Of a DNA stretch of 64,000 nt, positions 37,984-48,179 are shown one piece after another (the first letter of the stretch is position 1; every line of letters starts with the position of its first letter). Source of the stretch: a virus; the IMG/VR virus record IMGVR_UViG_3300012003_000002, positions 33,562-97,561 of that record, one strand, 5' to 3'. A model generated the notes under the pieces. The model was not told the DNA's origin. It worked only from the letters and a program-made list of their open reading frames with translations, and ran no database searches. The position numbers were made by a program, and so were the translations under genes.

Positions 37984-39996
37984 ATGAATAAACAATTATA
38001 TATCTATGACCTTGAGACCTACCCCAATTTCTTTTTAGCAGTATTTAAATGTATTGTTACAGGTGATTATCATTACTTTGAAATAAGTGATAGGAAAAGT
38101 GATCAAATCAATTTAAAAAAATTTCTTAATGAGCAAGTTAAAGGTTTAATAGGTTTTAATAATCTTAATTTTGATTATCCAGTATTACATAATACTTTAT
38201 TAAAATCAAATAAACTTTTAACTGCTCAAGAAATTTATAAAGAAGTTGAAACTATTATTAATAATAAAAATTCTGCAATTTGGGATAATCAAATTAAAAT
38301 ACCTCAATTAGATTTATATAAAATTAATCATTATGATAACATGGCTCGTTCAACATCTCTTAAATGGCTTGAATTTGCTATGAGATTACCTAATGTTGAA
38401 GATTTACCATATAAACCTGGTACAATTTTAACATTTGATCAAATGGATGAAATTATTAGTTATTGTAAGAATGATATTGAAGCAACTGAGAAATTTTATT
38501 ATTTAAATTTAGATAATATCGAATTCAGAAAAAATATGTGTAAGGAATTACAACATAATGTTATGAATTATTCCGATGTTAAAATTGGTGAATATATAAA
38601 TCAAATAACTTATGAAAAAATATCAGGAAGAAAATATGAAGAATTTAAAAATTTAAGAACTAACCGTGATTTATTTCATATTAAAGATTTAATACCTGAT
38701 TATATATCATTTAAAACTGATTATTTAAAAAATTTTTTAATTGAAATATCTGATAAAACATTTAATTTAGTTGAATCTAAAGAAAAATCATTTTATAGAA
38801 TATTAAATTTTGCAGACATTGTAATTAAATTTGCAAAAGGAGGTGTTCATTCAGAAGATGAACCATTATTATTAACTAAAAATAATAATGAAATTATTCA
38901 AGAAAAAGATGTTGGTTCAATGTATCCAGGATCTATTATTGAAGGTAAATTTTATCCTGAACATTTAGGAGAAGAATGGTATTTAGGTATTAAACATTTA
39001 TTTGATGAAAGAAATTTTAATATTAAACCTGCATTAAAAAAAGAAGTATATAAATCACTTGAATATAATTTTTTAGATTCTAAACAAAATGCTTATAAAT
39101 TAGGTATGAATGGTGGTGGATATGGTAAAACAGGTTCAAATTTTAGTTGGCAATATGATCCTATGGTTATTATGAAAACTACATTTAAAGGTCAATTATC
39201 ATTATTAATGTTAGTTGAAGATTTATATTTAGCTGGAGTACAAATAGTTAGTATGAATACAGACGGTGTAGTTATTAAATATAATAAATCATTATCAGAA
39301 ATAGTATTAAAAATACATACTGATTGGGAAAAAACTACTAGATATATATTAGAAGATACTAATTATGAAAAAATAATTTTTAGAGATGTAAATAACTATA
39401 TTGCTTATATTATTGATGATAAAGGTAATCATTTAAAATATAAAATGAAAGGTGTATTTGAAATTGATAGAGACTATCATAAAAATCATTCTAAAAGAAT
39501 TGTACCAATTACATTAGCTAATTATTTTATTAATAATATATCAGTTGAAGATACTATTTATAATCATTTAAAAGATTCTAAATATTCATTTGCAGAAAAT
39601 TATGGAATATATGACTTCTGTTTAGGTGCTAAAATGAAAGGTAAGAATGAATTAATTCAACGATATTGGAAAGCTTATGATTTAATTGAAGAACCTTTAT
39701 CTAAAATGAATAGATATTATGTATCTAATATTGGTGTTGAATTAATTAAAAAACTCCCACCTCTTGAAAAACATTTTTTAACTGAAACAGATAAATATAA
39801 ATTAAAGTTTGATAAAAATCAAATGAATATATTTGATATTATTGAAGATGTTAAAATTGATGCTGAAAATAGAGATGAGAATTTAGAAGCAGGTTACAAA
39901 TGCACATTATTTAATAAATATAAAGAATATGATTATGATTTAAATTATGATTACTATATTAAAGAATGTTATAGTATTATTGATAAACTTAAATAA
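37984..39996 (+). CDS. polB: DNA polymerase family B (crAss-like) with 3'-5' exonuclease
   Basis: YDLET, GFNNLNFD, YCKND exonuclease motifs; DVGSMYP, KLGMNGGGYGK, NTDG polymerase motifs. Confidence 0.9.
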   Translation: MNKQLYIYDLETYPNFFLAVFKCIVTGDYHYFEISDRKSDQINLKKFLNEQVKGLIGFNNLNFDYPVLHNTLLKSNKLLTAQEIYKEVETIINNKNSAIWDNQIKIPQLDLYKINHYDNMARSTSLKWLEFAMRLPNVEDLPYKPGTILTFDQMDEIISYCKNDIEATEKFYYLNLDNIEFRKNMCKELQHNVMNYSDVKIGEYINQITYEKISGRKYEEFKNLRTNRDLFHIKDLIPDYISFKTDYLKNFLIEISDKTFNLVESKEKSFYRILNFADIVIKFAKGGVHSEDEPLLLTKNNNEIIQEKDVGSMYPGSIIEGKFYPEHLGEEWYLGIKHLFDERNFNIKPALKKEVYKSLEYNFLDSKQNAYKLGMNGGGYGKTGSNFSWQYDPMVIMKTTFKGQLSLLMLVEDLYLAGVQIVSMNTDGVVIKYNKSLSEIVLKIHTDWEKTTRYILEDTNYEKIIFRDVNNYIAYIIDDKGNHLKYKMKGVFEIDRDYHKNHSKRIVPITLANYFINNISVEDTIYNHLKDSKYSFAENYGIYDFCLGAKMKGKNELIQRYWKAYDLIEEPLSKMNRYYVSNIGVELIKKLPPLEKHFLTETDKYKLKFDKNQMNIFDIIEDVKIDAENRDENLEAGYKCTLFNKYKEYDYDLNYDYYIKECYSIIDKLK

Positions 39997-39998
39997 TT

Positions 39999-41094
39999 AT
40001 GAAATATAGAATTAAAAAATTAAAACCTATTGATAATCCTACTCATGGTAATTATGGATATGGGAACTTAGAAGAACATTATGAAGGTATATTTACCAAA
40101 GAGCCAATAATAGGTAAAAGATTTAATTTGCTACCAATTAGTTGGAGTAAACATCATCTTGGTGGAATATCAACATCACTAGTAACTAAAATTATTGATG
40201 AAAATACATTTGAAACATTAAATTCAGTTTATAGAATTGATAAAATAATTGAAAATGAGTAAACCAGAATATATCTTTGCGATTGATCTCGTAATGGAAG
40301 AACATAAGATTACTAATCCTATATTAATTTCTGAAAAAATACAAGAAGATTTAGATATGGAAGTATCAATATTTCAAATAATGGATTATTTGGAAATTAA
40401 TCAAGAAGATTGGGAAATTGAATCAAATAAAATAAAATATTATGAAAACAATTATTAAATTATGAAAAATAAATTATGCCCTAAATGTGTTGGTTCTACT
40501 AAAGTTATGATTCCTAAAACCAATGGTAAGAAAGGATTTGAATATACAGACTGTTTATTATGTAATGGAACAGGTATAGTTTCTGAAGAAACTGAAGAAG
40601 ATTATTTACTATCTATTAATGAAGATTTAATTGATGATTATGATTGAAATTAATATTGTAAACTATTTAATAGGACATATGATATTCTTCTTATCTATTT
40701 TATTAATATTTATAATTAATTTAAATAAAAAGAAATAATGGAAGAATCCCTTGAAGAAGCTGCTGAAAAGTATGATTCAAAAACACCATTTCCAAATGAT
40801 AAAAATGCTTTTATTAAAGGTGCTAAATGGCAACAAGAACAAGATAAATTAAAAATAGATAATATTAGAAGTGATGAAGCTTTTAAATTTGAACTTAAAA
40901 GTATTGATAAATTTTCTAATGGTTATGATGCAGGATATGAAGAAGCTGAAAAAAGAAGTTATAGCGAGGAAGAAGTTTTAAAATTATTAAATAAATCGTG
41001 CAACTATATTTATGATTCTTCAAAAATAGGAACAGATAAAAAATTAATGCCAAATTTATTAATAGGCTGGTTTGAACAATTTAAAAAGAAATAA
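39999..41094 (+). CDS. Small ORFs (39999-40262, 40255-40458, 40462-40647 DnaJ-type Zn finger, 40738-41094)
   Basis: CPKCxG...CLLCNGTG in 40462; LEEAAEKY...FIKGAKWQQEQ...WFEQFKKK family in 40738. Confidence 0.6.
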
Positions 41095-41095
41095 G

Positions 41096-41698
41096 ATGAA
41101 AGAAGCTTTTATATTAGATTTAAATTTTCTAAAAGAACAAGATCTTTCTGTTATAGAATTCACAACTTTATTACAAATAAGTGGGATTAATACTGGATTA
41201 AATTCAAATAAATCTATTTTAAATATTTTACAAGAAAAACAATTTATTAAATTAATTGAGAATAAATTAGAAACAAATATTATTCTTCGTGAAAAAAGTA
41301 AATTATTAATAGATTTTTTATCAATAGAAAGTGATTCTTCAAATTATAAAAATAAAAAAGTTATTAAAAAGTCTACTCGTGTTATAAGCGAAGGTTTTGA
41401 TGAATTTATTGAAGAATATAGAAATCTATGGAAAGGTCTTAAAATTGGTTCTATGGGATCTCCAATAGCTTGTAAAGAGAAAATGGAGAGATGGATGAAA
41501 GAAAATCCTAATTACTCTAAAGAAGATATTCTTAAAGCTGCTAAAATCTATATTAATTCACTAAATAATTATCAATATCTTCAAGCTGCTCATTATTTTA
41601 TTTATAAAAAAGATGGTAAAGAAGAAGATTCTAGACTATCAGCTTTTATTAATGAAACCGAACCTGATAACATAGATTGGACCGTAAAATTATCATAA
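41096..41698 (+). CDS. Putative replication initiator-like protein
   Basis: wHTH-like N-terminus; F..F...Y..LW ... EDILKAAKIYI C-terminal domain; likely start ATG 41096. Confidence 0.45.
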   Translation: MKEAFILDLNFLKEQDLSVIEFTTLLQISGINTGLNSNKSILNILQEKQFIKLIENKLETNIILREKSKLLIDFLSIESDSSNYKNKKVIKKSTRVISEGFDEFIEEYRNLWKGLKIGSMGSPIACKEKMERWMKENPNYSKEDILKAAKIYINSLNNYQYLQAAHYFIYKKDGKEEDSRLSAFINETEPDNIDWTVKLS

Positions 41699-42195
41699 TG
41701 GAAGAAATTTGGAAAAATATAACAGGATATGAAAATTTATATATAGTATCTAATTATGGAAATATAAAAAGAGTTAAAAGTAATAGGATTTTAAAACCAG
41801 CTTTACAAAAGATAACAGGATATCTTAGACTTACTTTATGTAAAAATAATGTAAAGAAAAACGCATCTTTACATAGAATTGTAGCTCAAGAATTTATTGA
41901 AAATTTTAAAGATGAGCATCATATAAATCATAAAGATTATGATAAAACTAATAATAATTTAGATAATTTAGAAATTGTTTCCCGTATTGAAAATCAATGT
42001 CATCGTAGAAAAAATGAAAATAATTCATCTAACTATATGGGAGTATATTATCATAAACCCTCTAAAAAATATAGAGCAAATATATCAATAAATAAAGAAA
42101 GAATATATATTGGTTATTTTGATGATGAAAAAGACGCTTATAATGCTAGAGTTCAATATGAAAAAGATAATGGAATTATTAATAAATATATCTAA
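41698..42195 (+). CDS. NUMOD4-HNH-AP2 homing endonuclease
   Basis: EIWKNITGYENLYIVSNYG, HRIVA...INHKD.DKTNN..DNLE, YMGVY...YIGYFDDE..AYNA. Confidence 0.85.
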   Translation: MEEIWKNITGYENLYIVSNYGNIKRVKSNRILKPALQKITGYLRLTLCKNNVKKNASLHRIVAQEFIENFKDEHHINHKDYDKTNNNLDNLEIVSRIENQCHRRKNENNSSNYMGVYYHKPSKKYRANISINKERIYIGYFDDEKDAYNARVQYEKDNGIINKYI

Positions 42196-42374
42196 TGATA
42201 AGTTTTGAAGAATTTGCAAAAACCTGTTATTATACACAATATAGTATTGTATTACCTTTAGTTGATAAAATGAGAATTAACAAATTAGAATTTATGACTA
42301 AAGGTAAATTAGATAATGATAAAATAAGAAGTAAATTAATGAATATTTATGAAGAAAAATTTAAAAAATTATGA
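42195..42374 (+). CDS. Small hypothetical protein (59 aa, not in ORF track)
   Basis: TAATG and ATGA coupling to both neighbours. Confidence 0.5.
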   Translation: MISFEEFAKTCYYTQYSIVLPLVDKMRINKLEFMTKGKLDNDKIRSKLMNIYEEKFKKL

Positions 42375-42685
42375 AAAATATAGAATTAACAGAAGAACAT
42401 AAATCTAAATTATTAGAAATGTGTAAAGTATTGTTTCCTGAATATACTAAAATTGATTTAGAAATTGAAGATAATTATGATGGAATTAAAGATTATATAA
42501 TGTTTGAAAAAACAATTCCTTTAAAATCTAATACAATTATATATATTCATTGGTTTGAATTTTGTATGACACATTTAGCAAATAAAATATTAATACAGGA
42601 TGAACAATTAAATGATTTTTTATTAACATTTAATGTAGAATTACATTTAGTAGATTATTTATATGAAAAATTTAAAAAATATTAA
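42371..42685 (+). CDS. Hypothetical protein, paralog of 47829-48179
   Basis: Shares MKNIELTEEHKSKLLEMCK, WFEFCMTHL and YLYE.FKK. Confidence 0.7.
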   Translation: MKNIELTEEHKSKLLEMCKVLFPEYTKIDLEIEDNYDGIKDYIMFEKTIPLKSNTIIYIHWFEFCMTHLANKILIQDEQLNDFLLTFNVELHLVDYLYEKFKKY

Positions 42686-42691
42686 AAAATT

Positions 42692-44404
42692 ATGAAAAAA
42701 CAATTTATAGTTAGAACGGAATGTACTGGATCAGCTAAACCATATTCATTATTATCTGAGAAATTAGAAGAAGGTTGGTTAGTAGTTTATGTAACTCAAA
42801 TTAAAGATGGTGTTTTAGAATATATATTAGAAAAAACTTTTGAAAAATGATATACGTTAAAGAAATAGACGTACCTAAAACTAAAACTCGTAAGAACTTC
42901 ATTAAAAAGTTTTTAACAGGTAAAAAAGTTTCTTCTTATGAAGATACAGAATTTACTATTGTTCAATGTAATGGTAAAGGTGAAAATATTGATGGTGCTA
43001 GTCGTAGTATTACAGAATTATGGGAATTAACTAAGTCTAGATTTCCTGCCACATCAATGAAAGCAATGGTTAAAATCTTATTTGAATTAATTGAAGAAGA
43101 TAAATCAGTGATATTAGTATGGTGTGATAAAATTCAAAAAGTAGTTGTAAAATATGTCCCAAATACTTCTGCAGAATGGATTTCTAAATATAGTATAAAA
43201 AATCATTATACTAAGAAAGGTGTAGATGGTTATAGTTTAGCTGATTATAATGAAATTAAAGATAAATTATAAAATATTAAAAAGAAACAAAAATGAAAGA
43301 ATTGATTTGTATAAATCCAAAAAATTATAAACTTACAGAAGGTAACAATTATCAAATTGTTATTGATGAAGGTGAAACTGTAATGATTATTAACGATAGT
43401 AATAAAACTGTTAGATATTATAAAGACTTATTTAAAGAAGTTGAAGACGAAGTTATTGCTGAACCAGAACCAGTTATTGTTAGAACTGAACAAGATTTAA
43501 TTGATAGTATTGTTAGTGATGATAAAAATACAACTTATATTGATTTTAATAATCAAAAAGTTATAATTAATAATTATTTAAATATTTTAGATAATGATGA
43601 TAATTTTAGTTGTGGAATTAAAAATGTAACTAATATTAGTGATCAAATAGAGGAAATTTATGAAATAATTTCAGAAACAGAAGAAACTTCTGAAGAAGAT
43701 TTAGAATTATTAACAAAAGCTATAATTAAACAACATTTTAAAAACTATATTAAAATTAAATCAAATGATAATTTCAATGGTGGAATTTATTTAATGTCTT
43801 GTAATATTAATAATGATGGTTTAGATGAAGAAGTTGTTGATATTTTAAATGAAATATCAGATTTTAACACAGAACCTGAAAAGAATCCTAATAGCGGTAA
43901 TGAAATTAAATTATGGGGATTTTATAAATCTAATTTAGATAATTAATGAAGTTATATATAAAAGATATAGTTAGAGAACCTAAAGATACATTATATACAT
44001 TTTTATATAAAGTATTTAAATTAAATGGTAGCTATTTTGAAAAATATACTATAAATACTACATATCTGGATTCTGAATTTAAAAAATTACAATGTAAAAG
44101 TAGTAAATATAGAAGTTTTGATGATATTGTATTAATAAGTAAAACATATTTTAGAGTTTCAGATAAAGTTATAGCTAAAACTATAAAAAAGTTTTTAGAT
44201 AAAGATGATAATTTATCTTTTGTACTTTGTGATAGTGCTAAAAAATGGGTACTAAATCATGGTTTAAATAAAAGTGGAATTATCAAATATTGTGCTAGAT
44301 ATAATAAATCAGATTTAAAAATAAATGAATATGGTGAAGGTAAATATTCATTTGATAATATCATAACTTTAATAGGATTAACAAAAGAAGATATTAAAAT
44401 ATAA
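42692..44404 (+). CDS. Hypothetical proteins (42692-42850, 42847-43272, 43293-43946, 43946-44404)
   Basis: Coupled ORFs; 42847 and 43946 look like distant paralogs. Confidence 0.6.
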
Positions 44405-44405
44405 A

Positions 44406-45515
44406 ATGGATAAAGAAAATAAATCTTTATTTTCTAGAGTATATGAAAATATTGTAAATAAAAGAGAGAGAATTTTAAGTGGTAAAGTAAACTGTATTCC
44501 TTGGGGATTACCAAGATTTGAAGAAAGTTCTCCGGGTATTGAACAAGGTAAATATTATCAAATTACAGCTCAATCTAAAGCAGCTAAAACTCAACTTACA
44601 GATTGGTTATTTGTATTTAATACAATTAAACAAATAATTGATGATAAACTTGATATAAGATTAAAAATATTTTATTTTAGTTTAGAACTTTCTAAAGAGG
44701 AAAAAATGTTAGCTTGTTTTGCAAATATACTTTATATAAAAGAAGGTTTAAGAATTGCTCCAACAGATTTAAAATCTACACACGCTAAAAAAGTATTAAG
44801 TTTAGAAATTTTAGAAATTATATCTAAATATCAAAAGTATTTTGATAAAATTGAAGAAATTGTTGAATTTGTAGATGATATTAGACATGCAACTGGAATC
44901 TATGATTTAGTTCGTAAATATGCATTAGCTAATGGAACTGTTTATTATAGAGATATTGTAATAAAAGGTGAAACAACTAAAGTTGAAGATAGATATGAAC
45001 CTAATGATCCTGAAGAATATGTTATGATTATTATAGATCATATTGGTTTAATAAGCCCCCAAAAGCTAAATGGAACACAGTTGTCTTTACACGAAAGTAT
45101 TTCTTTATTATCATCAGATTATTTAATTAAACTTAGAAACAGATTTAATTATATACCCATTGTAGTTATTCAACAAGCTATAGCTGGAGAAAATATTGAA
45201 CATAAAAAAGCAGGTGCATTAAGACCTTCAGTAGCTAATCTTGGAGATAATAAACTAATTGCTAGAGATTGTAATATGATGATTGGTATTTTTAACCCTT
45301 TTAAGCACAAAATACCTGAATATTTAGGATATGATATTACAAAATTTAAAGATAATATAAGATTTGTTGAAATTATAATATCTCGTGATGGTGGAGCTGG
45401 AACTATTTGTCCATTATATTTTGACGGAGCAGTAAATTATTTTAAGGAATTACCTTTACCAAATGATCCTAAAATTAAAGAAGTTTATGAATTTATGAAA
45501 AATATTAAAAAATAA
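44406..45515 (+). CDS. SF4 DnaB-like replicative helicase
   Basis: Walker A-like AQSKAAKT, YFSLE, IIIDHIG, VIQQ, SRDG. Confidence 0.8.
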   Translation: MDKENKSLFSRVYENIVNKRERILSGKVNCIPWGLPRFEESSPGIEQGKYYQITAQSKAAKTQLTDWLFVFNTIKQIIDDKLDIRLKIFYFSLELSKEEKMLACFANILYIKEGLRIAPTDLKSTHAKKVLSLEILEIISKYQKYFDKIEEIVEFVDDIRHATGIYDLVRKYALANGTVYYRDIVIKGETTKVEDRYEPNDPEEYVMIIIDHIGLISPQKLNGTQLSLHESISLLSSDYLIKLRNRFNYIPIVVIQQAIAGENIEHKKAGALRPSVANLGDNKLIARDCNMMIGIFNPFKHKIPEYLGYDITKFKDNIRFVEIIISRDGGAGTICPLYFDGAVNYFKELPLPNDPKIKEVYEFMKNIKK

Positions 45516-45531
45516 TGAAAAAATATTAAAA

Positions 45532-46119
45532 ATGAGAGATTACAGATGTTTTATTTATCATTTACAAGATAATAAATTAGTTCAAAATATCAATAATTCT
45601 TGTTGGGCAGGATTAAATAAAAAAATATTTTATAATAATAAAAATAAAGAGATAATATTAGATATTAAAACTAAAGATTACATTTATATTGATGATTATA
45701 TTCAACCTGAAATTACAACTCCACAACGTAAAAGAATTATATATTTAATTAATAAAATTACACCTTGTAAATTTATAATGATAGGTGATAAAATTTATAT
45801 TAGATATAAATTATTAAAAAATCATTATTCAAATTTATTATTACTCAATTTTATTAGAATATTATGGTACAGAAATCAAAGTTTTAATAATGAACAATTT
45901 TTTATAGATATTTGTAAATCTAAACCAAAAAATTTAGATTATCTTGAATTTATGATGACTTGTATTAAAAATAATGTAGAAAATGAAAATAGTTGGAATT
46001 ATGGTAATCATAGTTTTGTATATGCAAATATAATTCCAAAAACTAAAGAAATGTTGTTGAAATATACTAAAAAAGAAATGAAGTTATTTTTACAATGTAA
46101 AATAGAAGATGTAAATTAA
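45532..46119 (+). CDS. Hypothetical protein
   Basis: 195 aa ORF, no recognised motif. Confidence 0.5.
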   Translation: MRDYRCFIYHLQDNKLVQNINNSCWAGLNKKIFYNNKNKEIILDIKTKDYIYIDDYIQPEITTPQRKRIIYLINKITPCKFIMIGDKIYIRYKLLKNHYSNLLLLNFIRILWYRNQSFNNEQFFIDICKSKPKNLDYLEFMMTCIKNNVENENSWNYGNHSFVYANIIPKTKEMLLKYTKKEMKLFLQCKIEDVN

Positions 46120-46159
46120 AAATAATTAAAAATAATTAAAAATATCTAAAAATGATTTA

Positions 46160-46167
46160 TATCTTTG
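46160..46167 (+). promoter_or_regulatory. -7 promoter box TATCTTTG
   Basis: Intergenic, 30 nt upstream of the AAA ATPase; -33 region weak. Confidence 0.45.
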
Positions 46168-46196
46168 TTAATAATTAACAAATAAATAAATTAAAT

Positions 46197-46961
46197 ATGA
46201 TAGAACTACCAAGTTCAAAAATTAAAGCTACAAGAGTGAATCCTAAAAAATTAATTTTATTCAGTAAACCTAAAGTTGGAAAAACAGAAATGTTAAGCGC
46301 TTTAGATAACTGTTTACTTATTGATTTAGAAAATGGTTCAGAATTTGTAAATGCAATGAAAATTAATGTCCTTGATATTGCAAAACAAAACGATATTTCA
46401 CCAATTGCAGCTTTAAAAGAAGTAATTTCAAAAATTAAAACTGCAAATAAAGAAGCTGGTAAATTTATTTATAAATATGGAGCAATAGATACTGTGACTG
46501 CTTTAGAGGATCACGTATTGTTGTTAGCTAATAAATTGTATATTCAAACTCCACAAGGTCGTAATTGGCAAGGAGATGATGTTACAACGCTTCCAAATGG
46601 AGCTGGTTATCAATATACACGTAAAGCTTTATGGATTGTTTTAGAAGAATTAGAAGAATGTTTTGAAACATTAATCATTCTAGGACATTTAAAAGACAAG
46701 TTTGTAGAAAAAGAAGGTAAAGAAATGACAGAAAGAGGATTAGATCTGATAGGTAAATCTGCAGCAATTCTCTGTTCACAAGTCGATGCAATTGGTTATG
46801 TATATCGAGAAGATAATAAAACAATTGTTAATTTTCAACCTTCAGATTCACTTATTTGTGGAAGTCGAAGTGAACATTTAAAAGATCAAAAAATTACAGT
46901 TATTGAATCAGATAAAGATGGTAAATTAACTATTGACTGGAGTAAGATTTTTATAGAATAA
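46197..46961 (+). CDS. AAA_24 / Sak4-like ATPase (recombination)
   Basis: SKPKVGKT, IDLENGS, IDTVT, GAGY, ILGH, DAIGY. Confidence 0.8.
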   Translation: MIELPSSKIKATRVNPKKLILFSKPKVGKTEMLSALDNCLLIDLENGSEFVNAMKINVLDIAKQNDISPIAALKEVISKIKTANKEAGKFIYKYGAIDTVTALEDHVLLLANKLYIQTPQGRNWQGDDVTTLPNGAGYQYTRKALWIVLEELEECFETLIILGHLKDKFVEKEGKEMTERGLDLIGKSAAILCSQVDAIGYVYREDNKTIVNFQPSDSLICGSRSEHLKDQKITVIESDKDGKLTIDWSKIFIE

Positions 46962-47052
46962 TAAAACTTTATTAAAACATAGAGTTTTATAAGTTTCTCT
47001 AATAAAAAACTTATAATATAAGCCAATAAATTAATAAAAAGATAGAAAGAAT

Positions 47053-47607
47053 ATGTTCGATTTAAATAAAAAAGAAGCAGGATCAGCCGTATTTAATAAC
47101 GGAATAGCAGGAAAAGCTGTAGGAGTTAATGTAACTGTTGAGAAAAGAAAGATTGATGAACCAGATAGTTATCCAGATTATAAAGTTATAGTATCTGATG
47201 AATCAGGTGGTATGCCAATTAATCAAGGATTTTACATTAATTCAGAAGATGATGAAAAACGTCAAAATATGACATATCAACGTGTTAAATCTATTGCAGA
47301 TGCAGTAATTGCTGAAGATTTTGTATATCCTGAAGTAAATGGATATGTTGATGCATTAAATACATTATTTAAAGTTATTAAAGAAAATGCAGATGGTAAA
47401 AAAGTAGATGTGTTCGTATCTTACGGATATACTGCAAAACCATCTAAATACTTAGGTTTAAGAATGTTTAATTTTATTCAAAAACCAAATGCTAGTTTTG
47501 ATAGATTGAAACCAAGTAATACAGATATTTTAGAACGCCCTGAAGCAGATGCTCCAAAAGCTGACGGTGAAGGTACAGAAACTAAAACTACTACTAGTAT
47601 TTGGTAA
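47053..47607 (+). CDS. Putative single-stranded DNA-binding protein
   Basis: Follows the Sak4-like ATPase; flexible tail ending in Trp; high-expression codons. Confidence 0.45.
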   Translation: MFDLNKKEAGSAVFNNGIAGKAVGVNVTVEKRKIDEPDSYPDYKVIVSDESGGMPINQGFYINSEDDEKRQNMTYQRVKSIADAVIAEDFVYPEVNGYVDALNTLFKVIKENADGKKVDVFVSYGYTAKPSKYLGLRMFNFIQKPNASFDRLKPSNTDILERPEADAPKADGEGTETKTTTSIW

Positions 47608-47732
47608 TAAATAAATAATTAAATATATTGTTTATAACTAAGAAATGATGTTATTAATATAAGTTCGGAGGGCATTACGATTAAATCGATAAATGAAACA
47701 GGTTACAGCTTATAGCAATAAAATTTAATGGT

Positions 47733-47804
47733 GGTTGAGTAGCTCATTGGTAGAGTGTCTGACGATTAATCAGAAGGTAGTGAGTTCAATTCCCACCTCA
47801 ACCT
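47733..47804 (+). tRNA. Atypical tRNA, nominal anticodon ATT with G33 (identity uncertain)
   Basis: GGTTGAG/CTCAACC acceptor, GCTC/GAGT D stem, TCTGA-CGATTAA-TCAGA anticodon arm, GTGAG-TTCAATT-CCCAC T arm with an A:C mismatch, U73. Confidence 0.65.
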
Positions 47805-47828
47805 CAATATTAACTAAAATTAAAAATT

Positions 47829-48179
47829 ATGAAAAATATAGAATTAACAGAAGAACATAAATCTAAATTATTAGAAATGTGTAAGAAATTATTTCCTGAA
47901 TATATTTGTTGGAAATTTGGAAAAATGAAAATTAATGGTGATAAAGAACTGTGGTTTTATGATAAATATGATAATAATTATAAAATTTATTGGTTTGAAT
48001 TTTGTATGACACATTTAGTAGAAAAAATATTAAATCCAAATCCAAATAATCCAAATAGAGGTTTACAAGACAGATTTAAAAACTTCTTTTGGGAAACTAA
48101 TTTATATGCTATGAAATTTGATAAAACAAGTAAACATCCAGTAAATTATTTATATGAAGAATTTAAAAAATTAAAATAA
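47829..48179 (+). CDS. Hypothetical protein, paralog of 42371-42685
   Basis: Identical first 56 coding nt. Confidence 0.7.
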   Translation: MKNIELTEEHKSKLLEMCKKLFPEYICWKFGKMKINGDKELWFYDKYDNNYKIYWFEFCMTHLVEKILNPNPNNPNRGLQDRFKNFFWETNLYAMKFDKTSKHPVNYLYEEFKKLK

